Shown here one piece after another: positions 35,285 to 36,057 of a stretch of 36,057 bases of DNA (the stretch's first letter is position 1; each line of letters starts with the position of its first letter). Below the pieces are notes generated by a model that was not told where the DNA came from, searched no databases, and saw only the letters and a program-made list of their open reading frames with translations. The stretch lies in sequence record SRR20825019_882; one strand, written 5' to 3'. The translations under genes were made by a program, and so were the position numbers.

Positions 35285-36057
35285 TGTATCCATTAAGACG
35301 TAACCGAAGATTAAGAACTAACGCATCTATTAGAGGATTAGTTAGAGAAACCATGCTTTCACCTAATGATTTTATTGTACCACTTTTTATTACTGAAGGC
35401 TCTGGCGTAAAAGATGAAATAGCATCTATGCCAAATTATTACAGATATAGCTTAGATCTTTTAAAGGCAGAAGTAAAGTCGCTTTGGGATTTAGGGTTGC
35501 GTTCTGTGCTTTTATTTGTTAAAGTTCCCAATAACTTAAAAGACAACGCAGGAACAGAAGCATTAAATCCAGATGGACTAATGCAACGCGCCATAAAGAC
35601 CGTAAAAGATACATGTCCAGATATGGTTGTTATGACAGATGTGGCGTTAGACCCATATTCAATTTTTGGTCATGATGGTGTTGTGGGTGATGGCCAAATA
35701 ATAAACGACGACACTAATGCAATCTTGGCAGAAATGTCTTTATCTCATGCTAAAGCAGGTGCAGATATAGTTGCACCAAGTGATATGATGGATGGACGTA
35801 TTTTCGAAATTCGTAGCTTGTTAGAAGATGAAGGTTTTCATAATACCGGTATTATGAGTTATTCGGCTAAATATGCCTCTGCATTTTATGGACCATTTAG
35901 AGACGCTTTGGCATCTGCTCCTGTAGATGTAAAAGATGTTCCTAAGGATAAACAAAGTTACCAAATGGATCCAGCGAATAGAGACGAAGCCATTAAGGAA
36001 ACTATTATGGACGTACAAGAAGGTGCAGATATCGTTATGGTAAAACCAGGACTTTGT
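35284..36057 (+). CDS. hemB: Porphobilinogen synthase (ALA dehydratase); truncated by window end and absent from the ORF track
   Basis: ATG 35284: MYPLRRNRRLR..., DVALDPYSIFGHDG, GADIVAPSDMMDGR, MSYSAKYASAFYGPFRDA, EGADIVMVKPG. Confidence 0.97.
   Translation, partial: MYPLRRNRRLRTNASIRGLVRETMLSPNDFIVPLFITEGSGVKDEIASMPNYYRYSLDLLKAEVKSLWDLGLRSVLLFVKVPNNLKDNAGTEALNPDGLMQRAIKTVKDTCPDMVVMTDVALDPYSIFGHDGVVGDGQIINDDTNAILAEMSLSHAKAGADIVAPSDMMDGRIFEIRSLLEDEGFHNTGIMSYSAKYASAFYGPFRDALASAPVDVKDVPKDKQSYQMDPANRDEAIKETIMDVQEGADIVMVKPGLC

Noticed and set aside
3654-36018. Short ORFs antisense to or nested in real genes (e.g. 3654-3938, 5523-5747, 6273-6671, 8081-8425, 8548-8907, 10180-10458, 12586-12882, 14965-15228, the 20308-22833 set, 24483-24800, 32372-32563, 35821-36018)
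   Set aside because: Shadow frames of well-supported CDSs, with Ser/Ile/Phe-biased composition and no motifs; 35821-36018 lies opposite hemB

Overview
AT-rich chromosomal window from a Bacteroidota bacterium, most likely a marine Flavobacteriaceae. This is supported by TAnnTTTG -7 promoters, no Shine-Dalgarno sites, signal peptides that cleave before Gln, and the gene content. It is densely coding (38 CDS, truncated ahcY at the left edge and hemB at the right). I found no rRNA, tRNA, CRISPR array or transposase. The left half is housekeeping: ahcY, serS, TPR-DUF4286-rsmA-mgtE, isoaspartyl peptidase, DjlA-like J protein, bacilliredoxin, plsC-like acyltransferase plus soluble acyl-ACP desaturase, and a PA0069-type radical SAM enzyme. 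The right half is a heme-biosynthesis supercluster (hemJ, hemH | AraC <-> hemA-C-D-E...F...B) with uncharacterised passenger genes. The strongest candidate for an undescribed system is an iron/heme regulatory switch. An AraC regulator divergent from hemA has a perfect Fur-box-like palindrome at its start and a Cys-Pro heme-regulatory-like motif. It also has 21-bp-phased direct repeats over the hemA promoter, and an exact 14-mer is duplicated inside the araC gene 168 bp away (araO2-like looping geometry). The second candidate is a radical SAM enzyme with a GGA-N5-TCC SOS-box-like site abutting its promoter and a perfect C-terminal beta-clamp motif (QLSLF).
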